Below are positions 1-11,713 of a stretch of 64,000 nt of DNA, piece after piece; positions within the stretch are counted from its first letter, which is position 1, and the number at the start of each line of letters is the position of its first letter. Source of the DNA: Dudresnaya verticillata. Taxonomy: Eukaryota. The notes below the pieces were generated by a model. It was not told the origin of the DNA and did not search any database. It worked only from the letters and a program-made list of their open reading frames with translations. The stretch spans positions 2,170,001-2,234,000 of the forward strand of contig OZ374560.1 of NCBI GenBank assembly GCA_977862235.1, given 5' to 3'. The translations under genes and the position numbers were made by a program.

Positions 1-2
1 CC

Positions 3-1415
3 ACCAAGAAGTGTCTCAACGGAAAATGCGTTTTCGACACCCAAGAGTCGGAAGCCAAGTGCTTCCCGAAGAAGATGGAATGCGAACTCTGCAAGGAGGA
101 CGAAGAATGCCAACAGGGAAAATGCTGGGGCAAACCTCGAAAGTGCACTGATGGCACCCTGCCGTCGCTGAAAAAATGTTTCCTAGGCGAGTGCGAGCCT
201 TGCACGTCCGAGTTCGAGTGCAGTACAAAGAAGTGTACCAATGGTAAATGCACTTTCGACACTATCGCTTCGATGGACAAGTGCTTCCCGAAGAAGAAGG
301 AATGCGAGCTCTGCAGGGAGGGCGAAGAATGCCAACAGGGCAAGTGCTGGGGAAAACCGCGAAAGTGCACAGATGGCTCCTTGATTTCTTTGCAGAAATG
401 CTTCCTGGGCGAGTGTGAACCCTGCACGTCGGAGTTCGAGTGCAGTACAAAGAAGTGTACCAATGGTAAATGCACTTTCGACACTATCGCTTCGATGGAC
501 AAGTGCTTCCCGAAGAAGAAGGAATGCGAGCTCTGCAGGGAGGGCGAAGAATGCCAACAGGGCAAGTGCTGGGGAAAACCGCGAAAGTGCACAGATGGCT
601 CCTTGATTTCTTTGCAGAAATGCTTCCTGGGCGAGTGTGAACCCTGCACGTCGGAGTTCGAGTGCAGTACAAAGAAGTGTACCAATGGTAAATGCACTTT
701 CGACACTATCGCTTCGATGGACAAGTGCTTCCCGAAGAAGAAGGAATGCGAGCTCTGCAGGGAGGGCGAAGAATGCCAACAGGGCAAGTGCTGGGGAAAA
801 CCGCGAAAGTGCACAGATGGCTCCTTGATTTCTTTGCAGAAATGCTTCCTGGGCGAGTGTGAACCCTGCACGTCGGAGTTCGAGTGCAGTACAAAGAAGT
901 GTACAAATGGAAAGTGCACGTTCGGCACGGCAGCTTCCGTTTCCAAGTGCTTCCCGAAGAAGAAGGAGTGCGCTTCTTGCACGAAGGGTGATGAATGCGA
1001 GCAGGGCAAGTGTTGGGGAGCAAAGTGCACGGACGAGTCTCCGGAATCACTGAAGCGTTGCTTCTTGCCCGAATGTTCACCATGCACCTCTTCATCCCAG
1101 TGCAGCACGAAGCGATGTGCCGGTGGGAAGTGCGTGTTCAACACCCACACTTCCATTGCGAAATGCTTCAAGAAGAAGGAGTGCGACCGATGCACTAGAA
1201 GTGATCAATGTGAGCAAGGCAAGTGTTGGGGACACCCGGCTAGATGCACAGATGGTTCTCCTGCTTCCATGAAGAAATGCTTCCTTCCAGAATGTTCGAG
1301 GTGCTACTCAAGCCTTCAGTGTAGCACGAAGAAATGCTGGAGATATCGATGTGTGTATCCGAATCGGTATTCCATCAGAAGGTGCTTCAGACGCCGCAGG
1401 CGCTTGCATTGGTAG
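3..1415 (+). CDS. Cysteine-rich tandem-repeat protein, 5'-partial (frame open at the window edge); paralog of 54471-56108
   Basis: The frame of ORF 75..1415 stays open back to nt 3 (TKKCLNGKCVFDTQESEAKCFPKK-MEC). It contains six ~74-aa units, each made of two 6-Cys modules C-x2-C-x5-C-x4-C-x4/6-C-x10-C-F, and ends in an Arg-rich C-terminus (RRCFRRRRRLHW). Confidence 0.9.
   Translation, partial: TKKCLNGKCVFDTQESEAKCFPKKMECELCKEDEECQQGKCWGKPRKCTDGTLPSLKKCFLGECEPCTSEFECSTKKCTNGKCTFDTIASMDKCFPKKKECELCREGEECQQGKCWGKPRKCTDGSLISLQKCFLGECEPCTSEFECSTKKCTNGKCTFDTIASMDKCFPKKKECELCREGEECQQGKCWGKPRKCTDGSLISLQKCFLGECEPCTSEFECSTKKCTNGKCTFDTIASMDKCFPKKKECELCREGEECQQGKCWGKPRKCTDGSLISLQKCFLGECEPCTSEFECSTKKCTNGKCTFGTAASVSKCFPKKKECASCTKGDECEQGKCWGAKCTDESPESLKRCFLPECSPCTSSSQCSTKRCAGGKCVFNTHTSIAKCFKKKECDRCTRSDQCEQGKCWGHPARCTDGSPASMKKCFLPECSRCYSSLQCSTKKCWRYRCVYPNRYSIRRCFRRRRRLHW
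211..904 (+). repeat. 222-bp coding tandem repeat, ~3 copies essentially identical at nucleotide level
   Basis: The sequence recurs at +222 and +444 nt, and identical shadow ORFs recur with the same period (262/484, 415/637/859). Confidence 0.95.
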
Positions 1416-2219
1416 ACTTTCCCGAAATGCTCTATGGTTGAAGCTCATAGAGATAATGTAGTTGTGACTCATGCGTTTAATTGTTAGGTAGCACTGCATG
1501 TGACATGCTTTGACGTGTTACACTGATACTTTTAGATGAGGGCCGTGAACTTGATAATGCTGATCCTAGAATGCCGTTGAGAATTGCAGCATTTGCACGT
1601 GTTATGTAGGATTTTACTATAAAGTGTTGTGAACCTTTACGGCTACCAAGTTAAAGAATGGATCTTTGGATGCTTGGAGATACTGTCTGCCTGTAAAAAT
1701 GAAATTCACCGATACTGCTTAAGAGTATCCAGTAGGAATGCTCTAGCTTCATTCTTTCGTAAAGTGACGTTTGCCGATACTGCATTCAGAGTACTACTCG
1801 AAGTGAGTTTCTGAATAGTAAAGGAAATCTTGTTGGAAGGACGGAAATCATCCCTTTACGACATTGCACTACTAGCGAGAGTTCCCTTACTTGGCGAGTG
1901 TTAACTCAGAGGAGCTGTGGAGGTTGAGAGCCGATGTCTATTGACACTAATGGCCACATACTGTCGGACAAAAAAAGTAAGACGAGTAAGGAGGGAGCCA
2001 TTTTCAGACAGCGGATGAGTCCCTTTTGTAGAAGGAATTCGTAGATGTCCATGACCATCGGGTGGAGATCTAACTCAGAATGGAAGATATAGAAACATAA
2101 AGTCGACACTTGTCGCATTCTCTAACACTGAAACCACTACAAACGGGACACCCTGATCCTACGCCGTGTATGAAGTTTTTTATGGTACCCTCCAACAGCA
2201 CGGTTTTCCTAACCCGACG

Positions 2220-2304
2220 CATCCTGATCATCACCCCTACCCGTAGGGGTGACGATCAGGATGAACAAATCGAGACCGTAGGGCTACGGTCTCGATTTGT
2301 TCAT
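2220..2304. repeat. Two abutting 21-bp-arm inverted repeats (twin hairpin)
   Basis: Hairpin 1 (2220-2263, one mismatch): CATCCTGATCATCACCCCTAC-cc-GTAGGGGTGACGATCAGGATG. Hairpin 2 (2261-2304, perfect): ATGAACAAATCGAGACCGTAG-gg-CTACGGTCTCGATTTGTTCAT. Confidence 0.95.
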
Positions 2305-2868
2305 TGATGACCCAATTTTTCTTCCTGTCCACAGGCGTTCGACGTTTCCATCATAAGTCCTCATTCTCATTCAAGTTTGCCTGGCTTTATTTATGGGCCA
2401 GCCCTTGCCGCTCGCGAGCGTGCTAAGCGCCGTCACTATCGTGATCTTTTTCGTGTTCCTGGTATCACCCTTCATTCGATAGTAATGTAATGGATATCTA
2501 CGGTCGAGTTGGAATCAGCTTTCATTCTGGACTGCAAACACTTGCGAACTTTATCGCGAACGAGAAAGGCTCGAATCCGCTTTTCGAGAAGAATTCTCGC
2601 CTCACTCGTCTAGTTTCGTTTGTGCCCCAATATGTAGCCCTTAGTGTGAACTGTCGGCTCCTTATCAGCGCCCCCAGTCCTTCCTCGTAGTCCCGTCCCG
2701 CTATGGGACCCCCTAAACGCCTTAGTTAAAGTGATTCCCCCTCCAACAGTACTCGCTTTCCCCGGAAATTGGTACAAGGGGGTCCGGACACCCCTAATCA
2801 TACCCCGGGCTTCAGGACAACCCTGGTCGAATCCGAAATGTCGGTGGACTGCTACTCGGATCCGTCGC

Positions 2869-3661
2869 GTAGCAGTCCACCGACATCGACGGCCAATAAT
2901 ATTCGCGTCGGAGCGTATGGTATAGCTTCCGCCCTCCTGGGTGTCCTGCCAATTTGGCGTGATGCCGGAGATGGAGCAAACGAACGCGTAACGCGGATGG
3001 TACGACGACTTGAGCTCGGGCCTCGACTGTTCGGACCAACAGCCCCTGCTCGTCCTTTGCAAACGGTAAGGAGCTAACGCCATCTAGATGTCTCCGGATC
3101 TCGGAACAGTACTGGTCGTTGCCCTGAGCATGCATCAATTCTTCCTGCCTCAATTAACGGAGGAGTATCTTACCCGTCGGTGGCGCGTTGGTAACCAACA
3201 CCTGGTCGAACTCCTTCAACTCTCGTTCAGAGAAATCAACCTCGCCTTTTGCGTTTGACATGTCACTTTCTGCGTTCGAGAAGCCGCCTTCCGGCGAGTG
3301 ACCTCATCCTTGACGTATCTTCCGTGGTAACATGGGACATAATCGTCAATTGGTTGGACAGTTTGACCCTTCGTCTGTAGACGTGAGAGGGCATCTGCCT
3401 GAGTATTCATGTAGCCCTTTCTGTATCTCACGAAAAACTCTAATTCAAAGAGGAGAAGGCGCCGTCTCATTAACCTTTCCGAGGGGTCGCCGATTTCCAT
3501 CAGCCACCTAAACGACGAATGGTCGTTATAGGCAACGAACGATTCCATCTGGAGATATGGTCTCAGCATCTTGATGGACCAAACCACCTCGAGGCATTCC
3601 TTCTCGAATACAGAGTATTTACGCTCCGAAGCGGTTAGCGAGCGTTACCAGAAGCCAAATG
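2869..3661 (-). pseudogene. Ty3/Gypsy pol fragment (RNase H plus integrase H2C2 zinc-binding region), decayed
   Basis: Motifs include FW*RSLTASERKYSVFEKEC, YNDHSSFRWLM, GYMNTQADALSRL and LAGHPGGRKLYHTLRREYYWPSMSVDC. Stops and frameshifts are present. Confidence 0.85.
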
Positions 3662-4729
3662 TGTAGTATCTCCAAAACACCAGCGCGTGTGGCGGACAAA
3701 CGAGACCCCAAGGACCAGGAAAACCGGGTAGATTTCTTGAAGGAAACTGGCCAAACGTAGAAAGGACCTACGCGCTGGTAGCAGGCGTTTTACAGCGGTT
3801 AAACGCTCCCTGCCGGCTATATTAGACACAACATGGCGAGCACCGAAGCGGCGCAGTTACCGAGGCTGTTTGGCCTCATATCGCCACCAGTGGCCGTTTT
3901 GAGCCACGGATGGGACTTGGAGCTATATTCGCGTCCATGCCGTGGTGGTCACGTTCTTGCAGGCTCGATAGCCCCATATCGGGGTGCGTCTTGTGAGCCA
4001 GTACTTCTGGCTGTCGCTGGTGTCGCGAAATTTAAAGTGAGGCTGAAAGCCTCTTGTGGTGAAGCGGCCGTTGCGGAGTGCCGACGACGGTTGAGCCGAC
4101 TCGCGACCGGCGCGCCGGTGAGCTGGCGCCAAAAAGCCGAAGCGGAGTGCAACGACACAGTAGCACTGTATGCCCTGCTGGAGTCTGCGCGCACCACCGA
4201 TAGGAGCCAAGTAGTTGATTTATTTGTAATTAGGTAATTTTAATGATGCTGTAAGTACGTAGTGTCAGCCGGCCAATGAGAATGCCGAACATGTCCGCAA
4301 CGGTGACCGGGACCAGTAGGGCCGGACCCACCTATTGGACCAGACCCATTGGGGTCTGGCCCACACGGACCGGACCACGGGGCTTATCTCCCAGTATATT
4401 AATGGGTGGCCACCGCGAGTCCTACAGTAAACGGGTACGCAACCCTGGGCAAAGTGACTTACCCTAAGCCTTACCCTCATACTCCTTCACGGTTTCCCCT
4501 CGCCAGCCCCGTGCACGGATTCCTCTTACCTCCGTCCCGTTGTAGCTTTCCTGGCACTGTACGGTCCCCCTTGTCTGTTGCGTCCCTTTACTCCTTACAG
4601 TTGTTGCCGCTCGAGGTACTCCCTTCGGTCTACGAACTAAGCTCTACCACCCCGGTGCCGTGCGAGATCACTCCTTATTGGGATTGCCTGATCAGCTCTC
4701 CTTACAGGTGTGCCTTTCACTACACCACA
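3662..4729 (+). mobile_element. Isolated Gypsy-type LTR (~1.07 kb) without matching TSD
   Basis: Termini are TGTAGTAT...TACACCACA. The internal AGTATAT...CAGTAAAC and pyrimidine-rich block have the same order as in the LTR at 23524. The flanks differ (AAATG vs TCTCT) and belong to two different minus-strand elements. Confidence 0.65.
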
Positions 4730-4829
4730 TCTCTACCAACCAACCTCATGACGCCAGACGGGTAGAGGTGGCTTGACACTGATAGTCGCCCACAGCGCTT
4801 TCCGCATGCGATGCATTTAGTTCTCCAGA

Positions 4830-7800
4830 TCAATGGACCCTGGACGTTGCCATATGGCACTGTGCCACAGGCACGACCCGGTATGCGCAGCTTCTTCCGT
4901 GGAGAGTAACGCGTGACCGTATTATAGTAAATGTGGTTGGCTGGTTCCCACGTCGCTTCTGCGACGGGGTAACCGTACCACTTGACCCTGAACACCGGGT
5001 CTCCATCGTCATCCTCGCTGCAGTGCAACGATATTGCCCCTTTTCGTGTTACCACGTGATCAGCGCGTTACTCGCGAATGCATACACACGTGTGCTCGTT
5101 AGGTAGCACACTTGGCCACGTCGGCCCACTTCGGATGTCGGGGTCGGGCTGCCTTGACGACAAGATCCCTTGACACTCGGTCCTTGAGACCATCCCGCAA
5201 CACAGTAACTGTAGTGGGATCTGCTGCCACCACCTCATAGGGGCCTTCCGCGCGGGGTACAAGCTTGTTGTTCACCCGATCGCGTGCCGTTTTCTCATCG
5301 GCCCTCATCTTTCGTTCGCGTTCGACGAACACGAAGTCACCTTCCCCATACGAGGGCAGTTGCTTCGGGACGTTCCTATTGAAGTCACGCCTATATCGTT
5401 CCTGATCCTCGCTCAAGGTCTGTTTTGCCGTGGGCATCAGCGCTTTCAACCAGCGCAGGTACCTTGCCTTGCATTGCCGAAGGGGTACCTCTGGACCAAG
5501 TTTCGGTTCCTACTTGATTGACAGTGCTCCTAGCTGACTGTGGTGCAAACGTCTGAGACGATAGACCGCCGAGCAGTTCGGGGCTCGGTGGGTAGCTGCG
5601 CCCTTGGCGGTGAGTAGTCCCGCCGTGGGCGACTTGTTGGTAGAGCAAAGGACACGCCTTGGGCGGACTGTAAACGCCCGAGGAGGAAAGGAAGGGAAAA
5701 GGAAACAGAAAGGGAACACGTCGGGGACGATGGTAGACGTGGAAGCACGGGAGGTAGACGCTTGAGCCGTAGGCAGCGGTAGGATACGCGCGTGCGGAAC
5801 GGGGAAGTCTGGACCAAGGCCGGCTTGCCGGGGCGTTTACTGTTACGTCTGGGACGGCTTACCTAAGTATAGTACGGCGATGCGGCGGCGGCGGTGCGTG
5901 TGCGTAGCGCGGGAACTCGGGACACGTGTCGTCCCGAGGTGCGTCTGACAGATCACCCATCGCATGCAGCCGCGCGCCTGACAGATTGCTGTACAACCCC
6001 CTGTGTGGGTGCTTACACGCACACGTGGACGCGTGTGCCTTACAGCCGTGCGCGCGCGCATACTGTAGAGCGTGCGCCTTGGATCTAATCCGATACTTGT
6101 CCGATCCCGATCCCATCCGGATCGGGCCAGCAATGCGAATACCCGCAGCCTTACAGGCGCGTATCTTACAGCTTAGGCGATCCGGATAGCCAATCTGGAT
6201 ACCGGATCCGGATCCCATCTGGATCCGTATTACAGTACCCCGGGGCGCCACGTCGGCCCATCACCGTACAGTGCCCGCGTGGCGCGCGGCGCGCAGTGTG
6301 CGCGCGCGCCCCAGTGAGCCGTCGATGACGTGTTCGCGCGCCAACGGCGGTGGTGAGCGCCGGTGGCGGTTTCTCCGTCGGTCGACGTATTTGGTCTGCC
6401 CGCTTTCAGCGAAAAAGGGCTCACCTCCCCTTGCACCAAACTGACGTGCCAGGACCAAGTCAAAGGGCTTAAGCCCGGTCATCCGACCGACAGTACAGTT
6501 GTATGCGTACGTCAACGCATCGCTGAAGAGATCCAAATCTCTCTGATGCTCCGCGAGGTAATGCCTCAACGCGGACGTCAGCGTTCTATTGAAACGCTCC
6601 ACCTGCCCATTAGTTTGGGAGTGGTACGTTGTGAAGGCGTTGTTCACTCGCAGCAGTTTGCACACTGCAAGGAAGAACCTTGACTGGAACTGAGATCCAT
6701 TATCGGATAACAAGGTTACAGGTATACCGTATTCGAAGACCTAATGGGTCACGAAAGCCTGTACAACTGCCTCGGCAGTGATGCGCTTCAGTGGGATGGT
6801 ACAAACTAGCTTGGAAACGCGGTCCGTAATCACCAACAAGTACCGGTTACGCAACTTGGTAAGGGGTAGGATGCCGATTGAGACATACTATAACGGCGCC
6901 GTGGCCGGAAAGATCTTAAGCTTCGCTCCATGCTTACGGAGCTTAACGTGAGCCCTTGCGCAATCAGGGCAAGACGCTACCGTTTGGTATGCGTCGACTG
7001 AAATTCCCAGCCAATATTGTACACCTCGAAGAGTTAGAACAACCGCCTACCTCCCGGATGACCAGCGGTTACTGGGTAGTGATGGGCATGCAGCAGCCGA
7101 TCGCGAAGCAATTTGGTCACAACCTTTTGGATTGTTCCATCCAAGCGAGCCTTTCGGCAGAGGATACACCCCTGATTGTAGAGGAAGTCGTTCTTCCCCT
7201 CCCCCGTCTCAAGGCGAGAGGCGAACTCCTTGCAGTAAGGATAGTTCACCTGCTCTCGGTGAAACTCCTCAATCGAGATACATCTCGATTCCACGGCGAG
7301 TACAACGGCCATGGCCGTTGTACTCGGCGTGGAATCTAAGTATAATAAGCTTTCACCGACGATGTCGTCGAGCTCTGAATCAAAGAGCATCTCCTCGGTT
7401 TCCGGATCTTCATCCACCGGGGCGAGGTGTTCACAAAAGGTGAAGCAAGGGAGTTCCTCGTCGATCGGAACAGTTGTATGCCCGTCAGTGGGCAACCGAC
7501 TCAAGGAGTCGGCAAGGCAATGCTTGCTGCCTTTCGCATACTTGACTTCAAAGTCAAACTCCGATAGTCGGAGTCTCCATCTCGCGAGGCGACCCGATGC
7601 GTCGGCGAGATTAAGCAACCGCCTCAATGCGTGGTGATCGGTATTCACCGTGAAGTGTTCCCTCTCTAAGTAGGTCTGGAGCGTCTGGACGGCCCAAACG
7701 ATGGCGAAGCATTCTCGTTCCGGTATGGAGTAGTTGCGCTCAGCTTGAGAGTGTTGGCGTGACCAATAGCCAATAGGGTACCGCTGCTTGTCCTCATGGG

Positions 7801-9954
7801 TCTGCAGCAAGGTACAGGCGATCTGTTCGGCTGACGCATCGGTATCCAATGCGTATGGAAGCCCTCTGCATGGCAGCTTCAGGACAGGAGGTGAGATCAA
7901 AACAACCTTCAGCGTCGCATAGGCGCTGCGTTTCTCCTCGCCCAAGGGGCGGAGCTTCTCGGGTTCTCATTTACGGAGAAGCCGTGTTAGCGGAGATGCT
8001 ATCCGCGCGAAGTGCGACAAAGCATCGGTACACGTTGCACATGCTAAGAAAAGAGCGGAGCTCTGTCTGGGTGCGCGGTGGCTTGGCGTCTTTGAGGGCC
8101 AAGATGTTACGCGGGTGGACTTTAAGTTAGCCCGGGCGGATGACGTGGCCGAGGTACTCGACACTGTCGGAAAAGAAGCGACACTTCTTCATAGCAACAC
8201 TTCTTCAACTTGAGGCTAATACCCGCCTCCTTCAAAGCGGATAAGATCTCATCAACATCCCTCAAGTGGGATGTGTGGTCTTTCGAAAAGACAATGATTT
8301 TGTCCAAGTAGACGAGGTAACTCACCCAGCGGTACTCGCTCAACAGAATATCGAGTGTACGCTAGAAGGTTGCGGGGGCGTTCATAAGCCCAAAGGTCAT
8401 TCGGTTGAACTGATACGTACCTGCATGACAGGTGAACGTAGTCTTTAGACGATGCTCCGGGTGAACTGGGAATTGCCAGTACCCGGGGTTACAGTCAGGG
8501 GTTGTGAAAACCTTCGCTTCACCAAGCGAATCGATACACTCGTCCATGCGAGGTATCGGGTACGTGTCCAGTACAGTCATGGCATTGCGCCGAGGGTAGT
8601 CAACACAAAATCGCAACGTGCTGTCGTGTTTGGGCGCCAAAACGACTGGCGAAGCCCACTCTGACTAGGACTTGGAGATTACTCCTTTCAATTCCATCGC
8701 GCGCACCGTTTTCTCCTCTAAATCACGAGCCTTAGGTCCTGCCTGATATGTTTGACTTCGGCAGGGCCGCGAGCCTTCCTTAAGCTCAATTCGATGTGTC
8801 GTCGCCCGGATCTCTCCAAGGCGGCCGTTACGCATGGATGCAAACGGTCACAGCATCTTTCGAAAGCTGCGCTGTAAGCCAGGTTCCAAATGGTCAAAGG
8901 GAACGACGTTGACTGGATCGCCTTCGCCGTCCTCGGGATTTTTCACCTCCCCTTCTCAAGCGCCGTGCTAGGCGCAACTGGTTGTGAGTATTGAAACTCA
9001 ATCACCAAGAGCGGGTCTAGTTCCATCACGGTGGAGACTAACGCCCTTGGGTGTGGCAGCACCGAACCAATTACTTGGTTCCGCTGCAGGCGCTTCTCAT
9101 GTGAAGAGAAGTCCGCCACAAACACTTTAAACTCCCGGAAGGGTTTTATGTGGACCACACCGTTGGACGCTACCAACTGATGGTTGTCGTACAACGTGGG
9201 AGATGGGTCGAGTACTGAGACCCCAAGTTGTCCACTGGTTACATGGACCCAGGCCTGGGTACCGGCCGGTATCGTGACTGTTCTCGTCACCTTGAGCTTC
9301 GGTGAAGCTCAACCGCTAACGTTGTTCACATCCTTGGATGATCCGGCCATCGGACGCGCGCCTTGCAAACGGGCAATCGGCTTCCCGACAATCGGAACGT
9401 GGGTCCCGTCGTCGATCTCGACCACATGCTTGCGAGGAAATATAGGCTCAACGAAGCGATCATTGAAATCGCAGCCTAGGATCATGGGCGCTGCGAGTCT
9501 TACGCAAACAAGGAACGTAGTGTTAACCGTTCGTGTTCCAAGTCTCACGCAAAGAGACAGATGGCCCAGGACCTTCAAGTGCTTGCCATTCGCGTCAGGG
9601 AAACCTGGAAGATAGTCGCTCGTCTTGATGAGCTTCTGGTGAAGCTTCGGCAGGACGTCGGCGCGGACAAAGTTTGGTCCTGCGCGCCGGTGTCGAGGAT
9701 AGTCAACAACCTCACGAGCATCGATGGTCTGGTGCCTACGTCGGCATAAACCTTGTAGTTCCTCCTTGAGAGGCTATAATGCGGATCGGTGTCCGCAAAC
9801 ACATGTCGATCTCGTCTTCGATGCCAAGGTCGGAGAACGGCAGCCGATTCATGCGGCGGGTTGTCGGTCGTATCACCAGCAACCCGGTTGCGCGTCAATA
9901 TGCGCGTAGATCAGTAAGGATGTAACTTTTCGGTCTCGAAACCGCCAGGGACCC
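4830..9954 (-). pseudogene. pol of element A (PR-RT-RH-IN-chromodomain), many frameshifts, interrupted by a solo LTR
   Basis: Motifs: ILDTGA (PR); LRFCVDY, YPIPRMDECID, FGLMNAPATF, VYLDK (RT); DTDASA, NTDHHAL (RH); SDNGSQF, QTNGQVERFN (IN); FRVKWYGYPVAEATWEP (chromodomain). Confidence 0.9.
5539..6440 (-). mobile_element. Solo LTR (902 bp) with 5-bp TSD CTGAC, inserted in the integrase of element A
   Basis: Termini are TGTGGTGCAA...TTGCACCAAA. CTGAC occurs at 5534-5538 and 6441-6445. The sequence is clearly similar to the LTR at 14357-15269. Confidence 0.92.
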
Positions 9955-11690
9955 TTAGTGTTTTGGGTCTGCCTTCACTTGTTCACGGGTCTGACCAGCA
10001 TGAAGGGTGGAGTGCTGAAACCTCGAGGGAGCTTGCCCCACTTGGGCACTCCCGTCCCCTTTGAGGGACTGATTGGCCTAGAAGTTCGGTCGTGCCAGTG
10101 ACTTCATGTAAGAGTCGGCAGGCGCCCGGGCCTTGTCTTTAGCAGACAACTTTTTTTTGTTCACAACTACTTGTCCAATTTCTGCCAAAGGCAACTTGCA
10201 ACCTGGCTGATGTGATCGCCCGCCTCGTAGCAACCATGACAGATGATCTGCACATGCGGTCCACACAGGCGAGGGTCACCAAAGACAGCCCTATCGCCTA
10301 GCTTTCCGGGTCTCCTTGGCTGCCGATGCAGCTCTCGTCGCTGCGGAGGTGGGTACCTACCCTGCCTCCTGTGCTCTTGGTAGAAGAGCGGATCGTCTTC
10401 CCGGTCAGAGGGAATATCAGTGGGGGGCTTTGCCGATGAATCGGCCTCACTAGCCGAACAGAAGAGGAACCATCCCTCCTCACGGGAGTCAACCGTGACG
10501 GCACGTGTCTGGGTTCGCAGATTACTACCATAGTGGCATGTCGGGTCTTCATCCGACTCAATGGCAAGGACTTTCCTTTCCATTTGTATTGCTTGAACGC
10601 AACAACCTTCATGGGTTGGGAGCTTTGGGTGGCTCTAAGTGCCTCGTCTCGCGAACGGGCTTGGGAAATGAGCTGATGGTAGCTCAACCGGAGGTTATCC
10701 TCCCTGGCCTGGAGAACCAACGGCCTGATTCGCGGTACGAGTCCCTCGATGTACATCGTGGAGACCTCGTAAGGTGAGTGTACATCACCACAATTCGGGA
10801 CTGATTTGTCCAGTCTGGTGTCGTACACCTTCCCCGCCTCACCAGGGAGCTGCTTGACTTCCCGCAGTTCGCGAACGGATTCCTGGATCCCCACATTTGT
10901 TGCGTACGTCCTGATAAACCAGTTAACAGCTTCGGGCCAGTTCGTAAGGCCATATCCTCGGCGGAAGTGACCTGCCCGGGCTTCATAAGCCTCCTTCGCT
11001 TTCTTCAGCAATATGTACGGCAAGGCGCCGAATGCCATTGCCTCTGAGACGTCCGCGGCGTCGAAGTCCCGCTTGCATCGAGGTAAGAAGCTGATGACCT
11101 TGATCGGGTCCTTGTCCGAGAACTTGTGGTCCTTCATGGTAACCTCCAAGATCTTGACACGTTTGAGAGTGTCGTGGATAACCGTTTTGGTTACCTTCTG
11201 GCTGCATCTCTCCAGCCTGTACACGCGGTAATTACAAACCGCCTGGAAGGGATGATCAGTCGGCTTCCACCAACTCAAAGCATGCTGCCGAGGACCCAAG
11301 GTGGGTCAGGGACGAGGAATTGCTCCTCTTCTTCGCCGTAGCTCCATTCATTGGAGGAGGACGACGAAGATGATGAAGGTGAACCCTTCTTACGACGATC
11401 CTTCCGTCGTCGACGCTTATCGCGTCTATCCTTCCGGGGTCTGGACCCGCCATCCGAATCGTCAGATGATGTTGGATCCTCATCCGGATCACCCGCCCCC
11501 GCGGCCTTGCGGCCGACGCTGGCTGGAGGTGGAAATTTTGCGTCTCTATTCTCAGGTGAGTTGTCGACTGACGCGGAAACCGCGGATGGTGTGTCACGCG
11601 CAAGCGCGTCCACCTGCGGGACTTCAATCCCCGCCTGACGTAGCGCTTCAGTTGTCTCTGACGACAACAGAGCATCTGCCTGCAAAGCAG
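9955..11690 (-). pseudogene. gag remnant 1 of element A (lacks its N-terminus)
   Basis: Motifs: NYRVYRL, FSDKDPIKVISFL, WPEAVNWFIRTYAT, and a zinc knuckle (ICHGCYEAGDHISQ, frameshifted). Confidence 0.8.
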
Positions 11691-11713
11691 GCTGTCAGGA
11701 TTTGGTACCCTAC

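Noticed and set aside
183..1095. Repeating antisense and alternate-frame ORFs over the Cys-rich genes (also 54686-56086)
   Set aside because: They are shadows of the coding tandem repeat.
3..1415. Metallothionein call for the Cys-rich proteins
   Set aside because: The paralog has a signal peptide, aromatic residues are conserved, and six regularly spaced Cys per module point to disulfides. Metal binding is not formally excluded.
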